Shown here: positions 37,100-50,095 of the stretch, one piece after another | How positions within the stretch are numbered: the stretch's first letter is position 1 | Layout: every line of letters starts with the position of its first letter | NCBI GenBank assembly: GCA_964016885.1 | Contig: OZ024740.1 | Span: forward strand, 78,368,001 to 78,432,000 | Source of the DNA: Eledone cirrhosa | Lineage: Eukaryota | Reading direction: 5' to 3' | DNA: 64,000 bases | Position numbers and translations under genes: made by a program | The notes under the pieces: model-generated | What the model saw: only the letters and a program-made list of their open reading frames with translations | The model's database searches: none | What the model was told of the DNA's origin: nothing

Positions 37100-37740
37100 T
37101 AATATTATTTCTAATTTAGACACAAAGCCAGGAGAGGTAGGGGAGGGAACATCTAATTATATCGACCCCGGAAGGATGAAATATAAAGCTGCCCTTGAAA
37201 CGATTTGAACTCAGAACTAAATACCACAAGGCACACGATTCTGTCACTGGCTTTCTCTAATACAAACAATATTGATTCCTAATTTAGACAATATTGGGAA
37301 AAGAATGAAGTTGATTAATTCAGTACCAATACTTATCGAAAAAAGAATCTAAAGACTGTCCCATGTCTGGAGGCTTACTAGGCTGGTGATTATCCCGGTT
37401 TACTTGACACGGCTTAGTTTACAAGACTCCTCCATGGACAGGACACCAGTTTATCGCAGCTATTACTGGTACTGGTTTTCAGTTGAGTCTACTGGAGCAA
37501 CATGAAATGAGGTATTTTTCTCAAGAACATAACACACAACAATGTCCAACATTCGAAACCATGATACTATGATCATAAATTCAACACCCTAACCACAAAG
37601 CCACGCGTCTTCACAGTACTTTATTTTATCGACCCTGGAAGGATGAAAAGCAAAATTGACCTCGGCAGGATTTGAACTCAGAATGTAAAGATCGAGAAAA
37701 AAAATACTACAATGGAATTTTGCCTTAGTACCATAATATT
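37100..37740 (-). mobile_element. Cluster of degenerate, nested SINE family 1 and 2 pieces
   Basis: Core ATCGACCC..AGGATGAAA at 37160 and 37628; a family 2 copy interrupts the second. Confidence 0.65.
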
Positions 37741-40149
37741 GAAAATCAGTGATAAGATGGTTGGTGCGTTTCGTGTGAAATCTTCTATTTAATCGCTATG
37801 GGTGTTTAAATATTCAAAGGGAACCGTTACTTTGCACGCTTCATCACTTACTAACAAGTACTAACCAGTGTTGTCAGTGAAGCGAGTAGTTCCACATATG
37901 AAGATACGCTGCCATTAAAAGGCCATTCCTCTGAGATTCCGACAAGATGGAATTACAATTTAGCTTCGTAATAAATAAGAAGGCAAAGAAAGAGAATGTA
38001 TAAATGAAAGAAGAAACGAAACAAGTTTGAAAAAGTAGAGAAAGTCTTGTAAATAATTCAAATCACTTCCTTCGCTGATGAAAGTCTGTGTTGTTGGGGT
38101 CGGAGCTGGGTATGAAAAGGAGGAGTGTTGAAGTTACTTTTAGACAATGTGACGTCTAGTTTCGTTTTCAGGAGACTGTATATATTATGAGGAAGGGCAG
38201 CGACTAATTACTGAGAAGTGGTACACTGATTGCAGGGTTGTGGTAACATTTCCGAACAGTTACACAGGGACAATGAAGTAAAATGTAAGAAAATAAACTA
38301 AACATATTTAGACAAGATTTTGGTGGGTAGGGTAGTTTGTTGGGTAGTTGTTTGGTTGGGTAGCTGGTTGGTTAGGCAGTTGTTTGGTTGGGTAGTTGGT
38401 TGGATAGTTTGTTTGGGTAGTTGGTTTGGTAGGTGTTTGGTTAGGAAGGTGTTAAGGTAGATTGTTGAATAGTTGTTGGGTAGTTGTTTGGGTAGCTGGC
38501 TGGTTAGGTAGGTGTTAGGGTAGTTGGTTGTCTAGTTGTTTCGCATGATTAGTTTATTGGATTATTAACTGATTGATTGGGTGTTTCATCGATTGATTAA
38601 GCGTTTGCTGGCTTATTAATTAGTTGGTTGATCGGCTAACGGAAATAATTCAGTATTTAGTTACATCCCTCTACAATCCGAGTTCAAATACAATTTATGC
38701 TTCTTTTCTTCGTCATAGCTTTGGGGTCGTTAAAATAAATACCAATAATGACAGACGTCCTTCCAAGTGGCTATAAATTTCAGTAACAAAATGTTACCTT
38801 GAGCCAAGCGTTTTCTTTTTAAACCGACATTAGAATGTAAAGGGCAGTTGCGGTGGAGTGAAAGAATTGCCAGAATTAAGTCCCTTTACAATTTGAATTC
38901 AGTTCTCATCCGTGTTTAAGTACTTTTAATACAACAGGACTGTTCAGACGAGATTACCTTGCCTTGGAAATTTGCGACTTTATGACTTTATCCAAAGACT
39001 AATGTTGTTGTTTAGTCACAGATATGCCCGTGCAAAGCTGTTAATAGGCCCTAGTACAGACCTGTCAACTCTCCTCGCAGGACGGGGAGATCTCCCACCC
39101 CAAAATGGGTGGGTGAGAGATGTCTTCTCTTGTGAAAATGGGTATAGCTTTCATTATGTAAAATCTTCCCATTTTGCCTCATTTCTTCCCGTTTTGAGGC
39201 ACCTTTTTTCATGGTACTCCCCGTTTGGGTTTTTAGAGATTGGTAGGTCTGCTAGTAAGATACAAAATGTAGGTCCCTAAAGCTGGTAAAAGGCACAGGC
39301 CAGATGTTAAATGCCCCCCCCCCCCTCCCCTCCCCCCCACACACACACATCTTAAGTTGGTAAGAGGTTCAGGCCAGATATTAAATGTAGGTCCTATTTC
39401 AAACTGCTCACTAAGTATCTTAGCAACCAGTGCCAAATACATATGATTTATGTATGGTTTATAAATACATATATTTACATTTAACGTGTATGATGTAGAC
39501 CCCTATCAAAACTGGCTCTCCTGTCCCCTCTAGTCCGGCCTGGACCTAGCTAAGTTTCTATCCGGCAGAGATATTCTCAAAGGCATTCTCACCACGACAG
39601 TCCCATTATTATGTATATCATGGAGTAGAGTCCATTGTGTCCTTTCTTTCTAGTAATTTGAGGGATATTTAGCTGCTATCTATAAGAAGTTGATCATATG
39701 AGGCCCCGCCGCTGGCTCGGTAAAATTAATGTCAAACTGCAAGACAAATCTCTCCTCGCAGAAACATCTACGTGGCTGGGAACAACCAAATTCTCCCTCA
39801 AATTACAACATGCCGTAAAAAGGGGGTAATAGACTAGATAATGTAGTTTAAATAAACTACATTATCGAATGTATTATTATCTGAAAAAAAGACGGGATGA
39901 TCATGCTTGGAACACCTTTAACTATATGTCTGTGGAATTAGAACTGGTTAAAGAACAACATGAATATCAATATTGATGTCCCCCAATAGTGAGTGGCTGG
40001 CAAAATTGGTAAAGTCTTCTTCTTCTTCTTCTTCTTCTTCTTCTTCTTCTTCTTCTTCTTCTTCTTCTTCTTCTTCTTCTTCTTCTTCTTCTTCTTCTTC
40101 TTCTTCTTCTTCTTCTTCTTCTTCTTCTTCTTCTTCTTCTTCTTCTTCA

Positions 40150-41774
40150 ACCACATATTCCAAAATGTTTACTATCCCAGAGAAAAACTTCCCGCCAAAC
40201 CATAAATACCATCAAATTTTAAATAGATCAACTGTCAAATTTTCCTACTCCACTACCAAAAATATACAACAAAATATAAGTGCGTACAACGCATGTAAAT
40301 GTAAAAAAAACCCAAATATACCACCAACACATCAAACCAACCATAATACTAAAATAAACCGCAACAAACCACCATCTCCTTCACCTATAACAAGTCGAGT
40401 AAATTCCACACCAAATTTGACTAACTCCCCTGATATAATATTCACGAATGGTTGTAACTGTAGAATCAAAAGAAATTGCCCATTAAATGGAAATTGTCTT
40501 ATTAATAACATAGTCTATAAATGTAAAATTAGCACTAAGGAATCCACTTATTCATATATAGGAGTTACGTCTAACCAATTTAAAGTAAGATTTAATACCC
40601 ACAAACATAGTTTTAAAAATGCCGCATTAGCTAATACAACATCCTTGGCTGAAACAATTAATAATTATAGAAAGAAGAATATCGATTACAACCTGACCTG
40701 GAGTGTGCTCAAAAGGGCCACTCCTTATCAAAATAACAGATACGAGTGTAGGTTATGCTCCCAGGAACTTTTTGAAATCATGAAATCTAAGGATATCCTA
40801 TTAAATAAGCGACAGGAATTAATTATACCTTGCAATCATAGAATTAGAAGAACCTTCAAATATTATAAACCTAATTAATATACACCTTACACTTATATTT
40901 TACATATTATTATAATTAGTTTTTTTAATTTAGTTAACCTATAATTAGTACTTTACTACAGAAAACTTCATAATTTTATTTCCCTCTTACAGCTCTCTTT
41001 TCCTAAAATTAATACCTAAAAGTATACCTAAAATTAATTTAATTTCCTGTTATGAATCTAGATTCCTTGTAGTTTATATAAGATTGGTATTTCTCACTAC
41101 TACCCTTATCCCAAAATTTGACACTCCTTCGTTTTTAACAACACTCTTTAATAACATCTAATTCTTATTTATCACATTCATATGAATTAATATACATTTA
41201 TCCCTATAAGTATACCTATCAATTAATTTAATTTCTTGTTATAGATCTAGATTCCTTGTGGTTTAAATAGGATTGGTATTTCTCACTAATACCCCTACCC
41301 TAAAATTTTATTTTCCTTCGTTTTAAACATTATTCTTTAATAACATCAAATTTTCGTGTACCCTTCACTGGCTTGACCTCTTTTCATCCCTAAAGTATTC
41401 TTTTCATTCAAAGTATTCTTTTCATTCAAAACATAAGTCTACACTCCTCTACCCCTAAATTAAATTTCTACTACCACTATTCTATCAACTTGACCTCTAA
41501 CTACTTTTCTATTGGTCAATTCAAAACCTGTTCCCCAACAGACCTTTTATATTAAATCTTTGTTGGGTTTTTTCAATAAACAAATCTCATCATTTCTGAA
41601 GACAGCATGTATATGTGAAGGTATGTATATTTCCTCTGATAATTTGTAATATTTTTACATAGATCTATATGATATACATACCAACACACATATACATCCT
41701 AGAAACGATCGTAAAATGATGAATTTTTTAATATAAGGAACTTGTTCTTTGTTTTTATTTCATTGTTTTTATTA

Positions 41775-41780
<6 letters not shown>
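40150..41780 (+). mobile_element. Naiad-type PLE 3' fragment (GIY-YIG + 3'UTR/pLTR)
   Basis: CNCRIKRNCPLNGNC, IVYKC..YIG..FKVRFNTH, CRLC..LNKRQEL..CNH to stop at 40878; ~185-bp tandem duplication in the UTR; preceded by (TTC)n, followed by (TA)n. Confidence 0.9.
41587..41722 (+). ncRNA. Hammerhead ribozyme with extended stem II
   Basis: tcatcattt-CTGAAGA-..atgtatatgtg..cacatatacat..-GAAAC-gatc-GTA-aaatgatga. Confidence 0.8.
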
Positions 41781-41851
<71 letters not shown>

Positions 41852-42112
41852 TCTGGCATTACCACCAAAGAGGTCCGACGAGCCATTGATTACAGAGTCG
41901 GGCTAGATCGATACAGATCGAACCTTGAGCTGATCAATAGCAAAACGCGCGTCACCAACCAATAAACGTAATGAAGGAGTAACCACTCGTCCTTGTTTTA
42001 TTTTATTATACTAGACTCTGTCTAGCTCTACACCTCGATACCGACATGAACCTAAACATCGAGTGCTCACCCGGGTGAACTTACAGTTACTCCGAGTTAC
42101 ACTCCCTGGATG

Positions 42113-42231
<119 letters not shown>

Positions 42232-43828
42232 ATATATTTCGCTATCCCCAAACCAGCTAACATGTTTTTCAGATTAGCAGCCCCTCCTCTATGCTTGTCT
42301 ACCTAATGACCACCATCCTCAATGATCAAAACCTAATGACGCCCCGACCTTCATACTTTCTATTCAACATAACCACCACCTGCTCGCATACACCCTGCTA
42401 TTAAACTGTTAATTCGATAATTAAGTTTAAATATTTTTATGTGATATGTGCTCACTTTGAAATCGTTATTCTCACTTTGACCTGAGATGTACTCACTTTG
42501 AAATCGATATTCTCACTTTGAAATAACATGTGCTTATTTAGAATTCTACAAAATCGAAAACAAGTCTGTTTTTTCAATCACTACCTCTCACCCGCTCCAC
42601 ACTACCACCCCACAGCCAGACCGTTTAATATCTTTTCACTTAACTTTGTCCCCATCCTCGACCGTCACTGTCACCAAACACAACCCCCACCCCAGAACAC
42701 ACCCTAAAACTCCCACACCAGCTATACGCCTCCCATTAATAGAACTCACAAATAAACAAACAAGTATGCGTTTTTAATTATAACCCGACCATACCTTACC
42801 CTGCTCTACATTAGACAGTCATTACTCCACTGGTTACCATTTTAATTTCATTTCACTTAAACCTTTTTATTTCTTCCCAGCCGTCATCGTCTCTATATCC
42901 AAACAACTTTATATATTCTTCAACCCATCAGCACACACCTAAATACCCCCACATTAACTCATATCTACAATACGGATTCAGAAATGATGCACTAAATGCC
43001 TATAAATAAAAATGTTCTTAAATTGAAATTTCCCTTTTAGTTGGAGAACGGTAAAAAGCCTAGCGGCAATTGTTAGCTTCTCTCAAATCAAAGAGGGAAT
43101 GGCATTCGGTATATCAACCATTAATTTAATTATCCAAATTCATGACATTAGCTCATTTGAGTTATTTCCCTTGGCTTTTTATATGTTTTTTTTTTTTTAT
43201 TCCGGTACTACATAAGTCTATTTTATTTGTATAAAATTCTGATCAGCAATTTTGGTTAGACTCTCTAAAATGCTGATGAGGATTAATAGAGCAAAACATA
43301 TCTATATTGCAAACGCAAATCAGAGTTTCCTACTACTAAGCATGTACTCTTGGGTCCCAAATATGGAGGGGGGGGGGGTGTCAGTAATTTTTCTAGGTAG
43401 TCTTCGTTGATTAAAAAAAAACAAAACAGAATTACTCGTTTAGTTTATATAATGAGACCCAACCCATCCTATTTATTTTATAACGTACGAGATTTCTAGT
43501 AATGTACTTTTATTGTCATGTATAATGTTTTTTAATGTCTGAAGGAAATTAATTGTCGCAGGAATGCCACCACATAATGTAGAATTTCGCTGGAGATAGA
43601 TTAGCAAAATTTAATAAGCGGGAGGAGGGGGTGATTATTCGAGACTCGAGAGTACAGAGAGCAGTCAAACATTAATTTAATAAACACACCGTAAATGTGA
43701 ACAGAGTATATGTAACATTTTCCGAAGAAAGAAGTGGTATTGAACTTGAAGTCTGTGGTGGTACCAAAAATATTTAAAAGCACGTATCTCTAAGTTCTCA
43801 TTAATACATAACTAATAGAACTAATAAT

Positions 43829-44025
43829 TGTTTCTATTTTTTGCACAAGGCCAGCAATTACCCAGTCCATTACTGGTACTTTATTTTATCGACCCCGTAA
43901 GGATGAAAGGCAAAGTTAACCTCGGCGGTATTTGAACTCAGATCATAAAGGGACGTAACTCTATGCTTCAAAGCATGGTGTCCGACTCTCTACAGATACT
44001 GCCAATCGACCCCCCTAATCTACCC
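43829..44025 (-). mobile_element. SINE family 1 with 18-bp TSD
   Basis: ACTAATAGAACTAATAAT at 43811-43828 and 44026-44043. Confidence 0.85.
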
Positions 44026-44743
44026 ACTAATAGAACTAATAATATATATACCATATACCTCCGGTTGGTGCGAGCAACGGCTAAAAAAAGTCGTTGGGAC
44101 ACGTAAATAAAGGGGACGCGAGGGTAAACAAACAAAATGGTGAAGCAACAGAAAGTGAGGAAGAAGGAGACAAATCCCAGATTTCTATGAATTTAAGTTC
44201 GGTGAAATCGTGAACGAGAGAATAAAGACCATCAAACCTGGTTGAAATGTGAGCAAGGAAGGAATTTCGCACAGGTCTAACGGGAGGAAGAAGGGGTCTG
44301 GTCTGCGAATTCGGTAAACATAAGTTCTGTGAAATCGTAGACGAGAGAGAAATAATTCCGACCAGCTTGGCCGAGAATGTGAGAGAAAAGAATTACTCAC
44401 AGGTCAAACGGGAAGAAAGAGGAGGAGGAGAGGTAGTGACAGAGAATGAGTGAGTGAAGGGTGAGGAAGAGGCTAACAGAGAGAGAGACTGCTAGAAAGG
44501 GTAAAGATACATAGAACGAAAAAGACGGTGTAGCAGCAGAGGAAAAAATATGTGTAAATATGATAATAAGGGCGCTGCGGAGTTGCAAATGGGTTACATA
44601 TGAAAAAAGTTTGTCTCTCTGTTAGCCTCTTCCTCACCCTCATCTTCGATTCATACCTAATATAATTATATTCACTGATCAACAGTGAAACATATGTAAT
44701 ATATAATTAAATATGTATATGATGCAACACTGATTCTTTGTTC

Positions 44744-44802
<59 letters not shown>

Positions 44803-45570
44803 TATATTGGTAAACGGAATAGAAAATGCTGACAAATTGTTCACAGTTGAAAAATGGTTTAATTAGAAATAAAAGAGTATTAGTAATTGTATGGGTTAGT
44901 ATTCAGTTGTGGTTTTAAGTTTTTAAGTTTTTACCGGTTGCGCATTTCTAAATGCTTTTCAAAAATAATTTTGAGATAGAGTGTCCGTGTTGTTTGCTCT
45001 GATCTGATTAGTTTTGGGAATTCTACCTGTTTTTATGTTAAAAAAGTGGCTCCAGCGCTACTTTGGTGTTGCAAAAATTCTTGTGGTCAAAACAATTTTG
45101 ATTGGTCGGTAGAGGTCATGTGAATGTAAAAAATTGATTTTGCGCCAAGACTGTTTTGACCACAAGAATTTTTGCAAACAACAAGTAGCGCTGGAGCCAC
45201 TTTTTTAACATAAAAAACAGTCTTGGCGCAAAATCAATTTTTTACATTCACATGACTTCTACCGACCAATCAAAATTGTTTTGACCACAAGAATTTTTGC
45301 AACACCAAAGTAGCGCTGGAGCCACTTTTTTAACATAAAAACAGGTAGAATTCCCAAAACTAATCAGATCAGAGCAAACAACACGGACACTCTATCTCAA
45401 AATTATTTTTGAAAAGCATTTAGAAATGCGCAACCGGTAAAAACTTAAAAACTTAAAACCACAACTGAATACTAACCCATACAATTACTAATACTCTTTT
45501 ATTCCTAATTAAACCATTTTTCAACTGTGAACAATTTGTCAGCATTTTCTATTCCGTTTACCAATATATA
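44803..45570. repeat. Near-perfect inverted repeat, ~350-bp arms
   Basis: 44803-45156 is the reverse complement of 45215-45570; the loop is a direct copy of 45277-45343. Confidence 0.9.
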
Positions 45571-45621
45571 ATAACTTGTGTGTTACACCTCTATTTTTTT
45601 AACTATATATATATATATATA

Positions 45622-46015
45622 TGCAAAAGTTATATTTAATTTGTTGGGATTCAACAAGCTTAAAAGTTTTATAACTGATATAAAGCACTCAACACTTTAT
45701 TGGAGTAAATATTCAATATATTAATAATGGATTATAAAACCATAATTATTTTATTATATATATTTCAAGGGCAACCAAGGTTAATTTTGGTGCGCTTTCA
45801 TCAGATAAAATACAAAATTTGTTTTATAAATGTTGACATACCCGCGACCCTCCAACCGTCAAGGTTGTTTTTCTGCCGGTATGTCAACATTTATAAAACA
45901 AATTTTGTATTTTATCTGATGAAAGCTCACCAAAATTAACCTTGGTTGCCCTTGAAATATATATAATAAAATAATTATGGTTTTATAAATAAAGTTTCCA
46001 TTTATTAATATATTG
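45622..46015. ncRNA. Fold-back pLTR with two divergent hammerheads (45747-45812 minus; 45908-45973 plus)
   Basis: Both arms read tattttat-CTGATGA-..accaa..ttggt..-GAAA-tatata-TA-ataaaata. Confidence 0.8.
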
Positions 46016-46023
46016 TATATATA

Positions 46024-46617
46024 TATAATAAAGGAGTGAAGAATAACATGGATAAGCTATACAATAGGGTTTATTCCAAGTATTAACAAATGTTTCATTG
46101 GCTCGGGGTGTCTAAAAATCGCTATTTAAAATCGAATGTCAAAGCAGCACCACAGATAGCCATTTTTTAGACACACCGAGCCAATGAACCATTTATTAAT
46201 ACTTGGAATAAACCCTATTGTATAGCTATCCATGTTATTCTTCACTCCTTCATTATTAATACTCTAGGAACTGCTTACCTAGGAACTGTCTGAAATCGGC
46301 CACCCAAACACCACAACTAAATAAACATCTCGTCGAGTCAAACAACGCCGCACGTTAGAATTATCCACTGTACAGATAACTCACAACCTCTACTTGGACT
46401 ACCTTATACGATACCTCGTTTGCTTAAATATATATATATACACTATAGGCCATTCATTGAATTACTAGTGGTGGTACCATATGACTTCTCAATGCACGCG
46501 TATCTTTCTGTGTGTCTGCTCTGTCTGTCCAGGAAAAAAATATCAGTTTTCAAAAACAATGTTCCTGTAACAAGACCCCCGATAACGATGTTTCCGGGTC
46601 GAACCCCACCAAAAGTT

Positions 46618-46663
<46 letters not shown>

Positions 46664-47037
46664 AAGAATGAAGAGTAGCATGCTTGGCTGGACAATAAGG
46701 GGCTTTATTTCAAGTACTGACAATTGTTTCATTGATCAGGTGAGTCTAGAGGTTACTAATCGCTTGAAGTTGCGTCACTCTATCTCCAATGCATTATTTA
46801 CCACTGATCAACACATCAGTACTTGAAATAAAGCCCCTTATTGTACAGCCAACCATGTTACTCTTCATTCTTTCACTATTATTACTCCAAGTATAACCTG
46901 CATAGAAATTACCGCGAACTCGCTGCATAACTATGGAAGCATCTTGTTGAGTCAAACGAAGCCGTACGTTAAAACTATCCACGACGCAGAGTACTCACAA
47001 CCTCTAACTGGATTACCTATAACGATAACTTGTTATC

Positions 47038-47040
<3 letters not shown>
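46024..47040. repeat. Two related fold-back PLE-type mini-elements (46024-46425, 46658-47040)
   Basis: Each has inverted arms plus a homologous unpaired tail; hammerhead 3' halves GAAAC-attt-GTT and GAAAC-aatt-GTC; (TA)n flanks. Confidence 0.7.
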
Positions 47041-47088
<48 letters not shown>

Positions 47089-47160
47089 AAAATTGAACGG
47101 GAACAAAACAGAGAGGCAGTACGAACAAAGGTTTATTAGTTTCACGCTCTTGAGAGTGGG

Positions 47161-47234
<74 letters not shown>

Positions 47235-47235
47235 C

Positions 47236-47354
47236 TTCATTGTTAAATTAGTCTTGCCATTGTGCACTTTTACTCGACCTTATCGTAAACCCCCACTGTT
47301 CCTGTCTTTGTATTGTCCCCTACATGTCGGCCCTTGTGGCTAATAAATGAAATC
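47236..47354 (+). mobile_element. Tx1 (A-like) 3'UTR fragment
   Basis: Matches the reverse complement of 15834-15920; ends AATAAATGAAATC|(ATT)7. Confidence 0.85.
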
Positions 47355-47375
47355 ATTATTATTATTATTATTATT

Positions 47376-47562
47376 GGGCGGTGGATTGGCAGTATCGGTA
47401 GAGGGTCGGACGCCATGCTTTGACGCATAGAGTTACGGCCCTTGCCATTCTGAGTTCAAATCCTACCGAGGGTAACTTTGCCTTTCATCCTTACGGGGTC
47501 GATAAAATAAAGTACCAGTGATGCACTGGGTAATTGCTGGCCTTGTGCCAAAAGTAGAAACA
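47376..47562 (+). mobile_element. SINE family 1, full-length, inside (ATT)n
   Basis: A box TGGCAGTATCGG, B box GAGTTCAAATCC; (ATT)n on both sides. Confidence 0.9.
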
Positions 47563-47593
<31 letters not shown>

Positions 47594-47594
<1 letters not shown>

Positions 47595-50045
47595 AGTTGC
47601 ATTTATCTTGCTTTATGTTCATACGAGTTATCACCAAGTCACAACCAGTGACCTCAAGAGACAACAAGGTCCGCCATGTTCAAGAAAGAACATACATACT
47701 CACACATGCATCTTTAGTGTTTAGACTTGTGATGTACTTATATTGACAGAATCTTCCTTAGTATATGGGCAGTTCACATTAGCACTATCTTTTGTATTTC
47801 TCCTATACGCAGGTTTCCTGGGATTTGCGATAAGTAATCATTAGACCCCTTAGGTATCATTCCTAGAGCGCCTACAACCACTGGTATTGTTTTAGTTCTC
47901 AATTTCCACATTTTTCCAATTTCTATCTCCAGGTCCTTATACTTGCTCAATTTTTCAAATGTTTTTATCGATACATTCTTGTCTATTGGAACGGACATAT
48001 CAATTAGCAGGCATACCCTCTTTTTAAAGTCCTTCAATATTATATCAGGTCTATTTGCATCTATTTTTCGGTCTGTTTGGATGCTAAAGTTCCACAAGAT
48101 TGAGATGTGATTTTTTTCAAGTATGGGAGGTGGTTGATGCTCCCACCAATTCTTTTGATGGGGCAGGTCAAAATGCTTATACATTATCCAATGTATGTAT
48201 TGTGCAGCTCTGTCACGCCTGTTTAGGTATTCAGTTGGAGCTATAGGACTGCACATTGAAATTATATGGTCAATGGTCTCTGGTTGTTTTTTACATACAC
48301 GGCATAATGGGCTGCATCCATTTTTTATTATGTTGGCTTGGTAATTTTTTGTTGGCAGACACTGATCTTGTGCTGATATAATCAGTCCTTCAGTCTCCGA
48401 TTTCAGTCCAGAGGATGCCAACCACTGATGGGTTAAAGTTTTGTCAACATCAGGATTGTTAGCTCGTTCTGGGTATTTTCCATACAGAGGCTTTTCTTGC
48501 CATTTCTTAGCCAGTTTCTGTAGCAGTTCTTTCTTTGCAGTTACTTTTACCTGCTTTGCTTTTTCTGTGTTTTCCATTTCAGCAGTAAATGGGACTTCTG
48601 AAATGTGTAGTCCATTACTGTATCTTTGTGCATCTTTTGTAATGGAGTATGATCTTTTGATGCTTTCGTGTTTCAAAACGAGTTTGATCATCCAATCATG
48701 TGATTTCCTTAGATATGTAGATAATCCAATTGTTGCAGTTTTCAACGCAATGTCTAACTGGATTAACCCACGTCCTCCTTCTTTCCTAGGGAGATATATT
48801 CTATCTGTATCTGCCTTAGGGTGATGCATTCTGTGTATGGTTAAGAATTTTCGAATTTTTGTATCGAGCCTACGGATCTCTGTGCTTGACCAGTTGATGA
48901 CATTGTAACTGTAGGTTACTACTGGTATGGCAAGCGTGTTTATGGCATCGATCCTATTCCTTGCATTCAATTCCGTTCTTAAGATTGCTCTTACTCTGCG
49001 GTAACATTCCTTCTTTATCCATTCCCTCATTGTCGAGTGCTTGATTCCGTCTCCTTCACAAACACCTAGATATTTGTAAGTTTCCTCTTGATCAAGTTCT
49101 CTTATCACATTCCCTCGATCAAGATTAATGTCTGAACTTTTCAGCAGCTTTCCTCTGGTGAACGTTGCTTTGGCGCATTTATCTAGTCCAAACTCCATTT
49201 TAATGTCATCACTGAACTGCTCCACAGTGGATAATAGCCCTTACAATTGTTCATCATTTTTTGCAAATAGTTTCAGGTCATCCATGTAGAACAAGTGATT
49301 AATGGTTTTGTCATAGACTTTATATCCATGTTTTGTTTCATTGAGCATTTTATTTAATGGTATAAGTGCGATGCAGAATAAAAGCGGTGATAAAGAGTCA
49401 CCCTGAAAAATTCCACAATTAATATTAACTTCTCCAGCTTCCAGTGATTTTGTTTCACTATTCAAAAGGAGTGTCGTTTTCCATGTCTTCATACTGAATG
49501 ACAAAAACCTCCTGACAACGGGGGATATTTTGAAAATCTCTAAACATTTTTCAATCCAACTGTGTGGCAAACTATCGAATGCTTTTTTATAATCTATCCA
49601 AGCAATTGATAGATTTTTGCGTCTATTATGACAATCTTCCAGTATCATTTTGTTAACCAAAAGCTGATCCTTACAACCATATGAGCCTCGTTTACACCCT
49701 TTCTGCTCAATGGGAAATAGGTCATTTGTTATCAGGTGGTCATATGTATATTCAGTTAGGACTGATGTTAAAATTTTATACATTGTGGTCAAGCAAGTTA
49801 TCGGTCTGTAATTTTTGGGATTGTTTGTCTCATCATTCTTCGGAAGCAGGAATGTAATGCCGCTAACTAGCCATGATGGTATCTTTTCTGGCTCCTTAAC
49901 TATTTCATTGTAAAGTTGGGCTAACAGCTCATGAGACTCTGTGAAGGCATTTATCCAAAAAATTTGTATTTTGTCTTTTCCTGGGGATTTCCATTTGCTG
50001 GTTTTTCTTAGAGCCAAACGCAACTGTTCAACTGTTATATTTTCC

Positions 50046-50046
<1 letters not shown>
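47594..50046 (-). mobile_element. R4/Dong-clade LINE family 2, 5'-truncated, with nonsense codons
   Basis: ORFs 49241-50023 and 47774-49225 are in frame; GIFQGDSLSP, FYMDDLKL, CRVC..HIISMC, RPDI; distinct 3'UTR; (TAA)n flanks. Confidence 0.92.
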
Positions 50047-50085
<39 letters not shown>

Positions 50086-50095
50086 GTTATTGTTA

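Noticed and set aside
38330-38540. GT-rich degenerate repeat resembling a telomere or CRISPR array
   Set aside because: Irregular GGTAGTT/TTGG low-complexity tract with no fixed unit and no spacers.
40150-40900. Selenocysteine recoding, which is known in some Naiad PLEs
   Set aside because: The conserved Cys positions here and at 3991-4568 are ordinary Cys codons; no in-frame TGA at those sites and no SECIS recognised.
43272-43325. CTGATGA resembling a hammerhead start (also at 38076)
   Set aside because: No stem II, GAAA or closing stem I.
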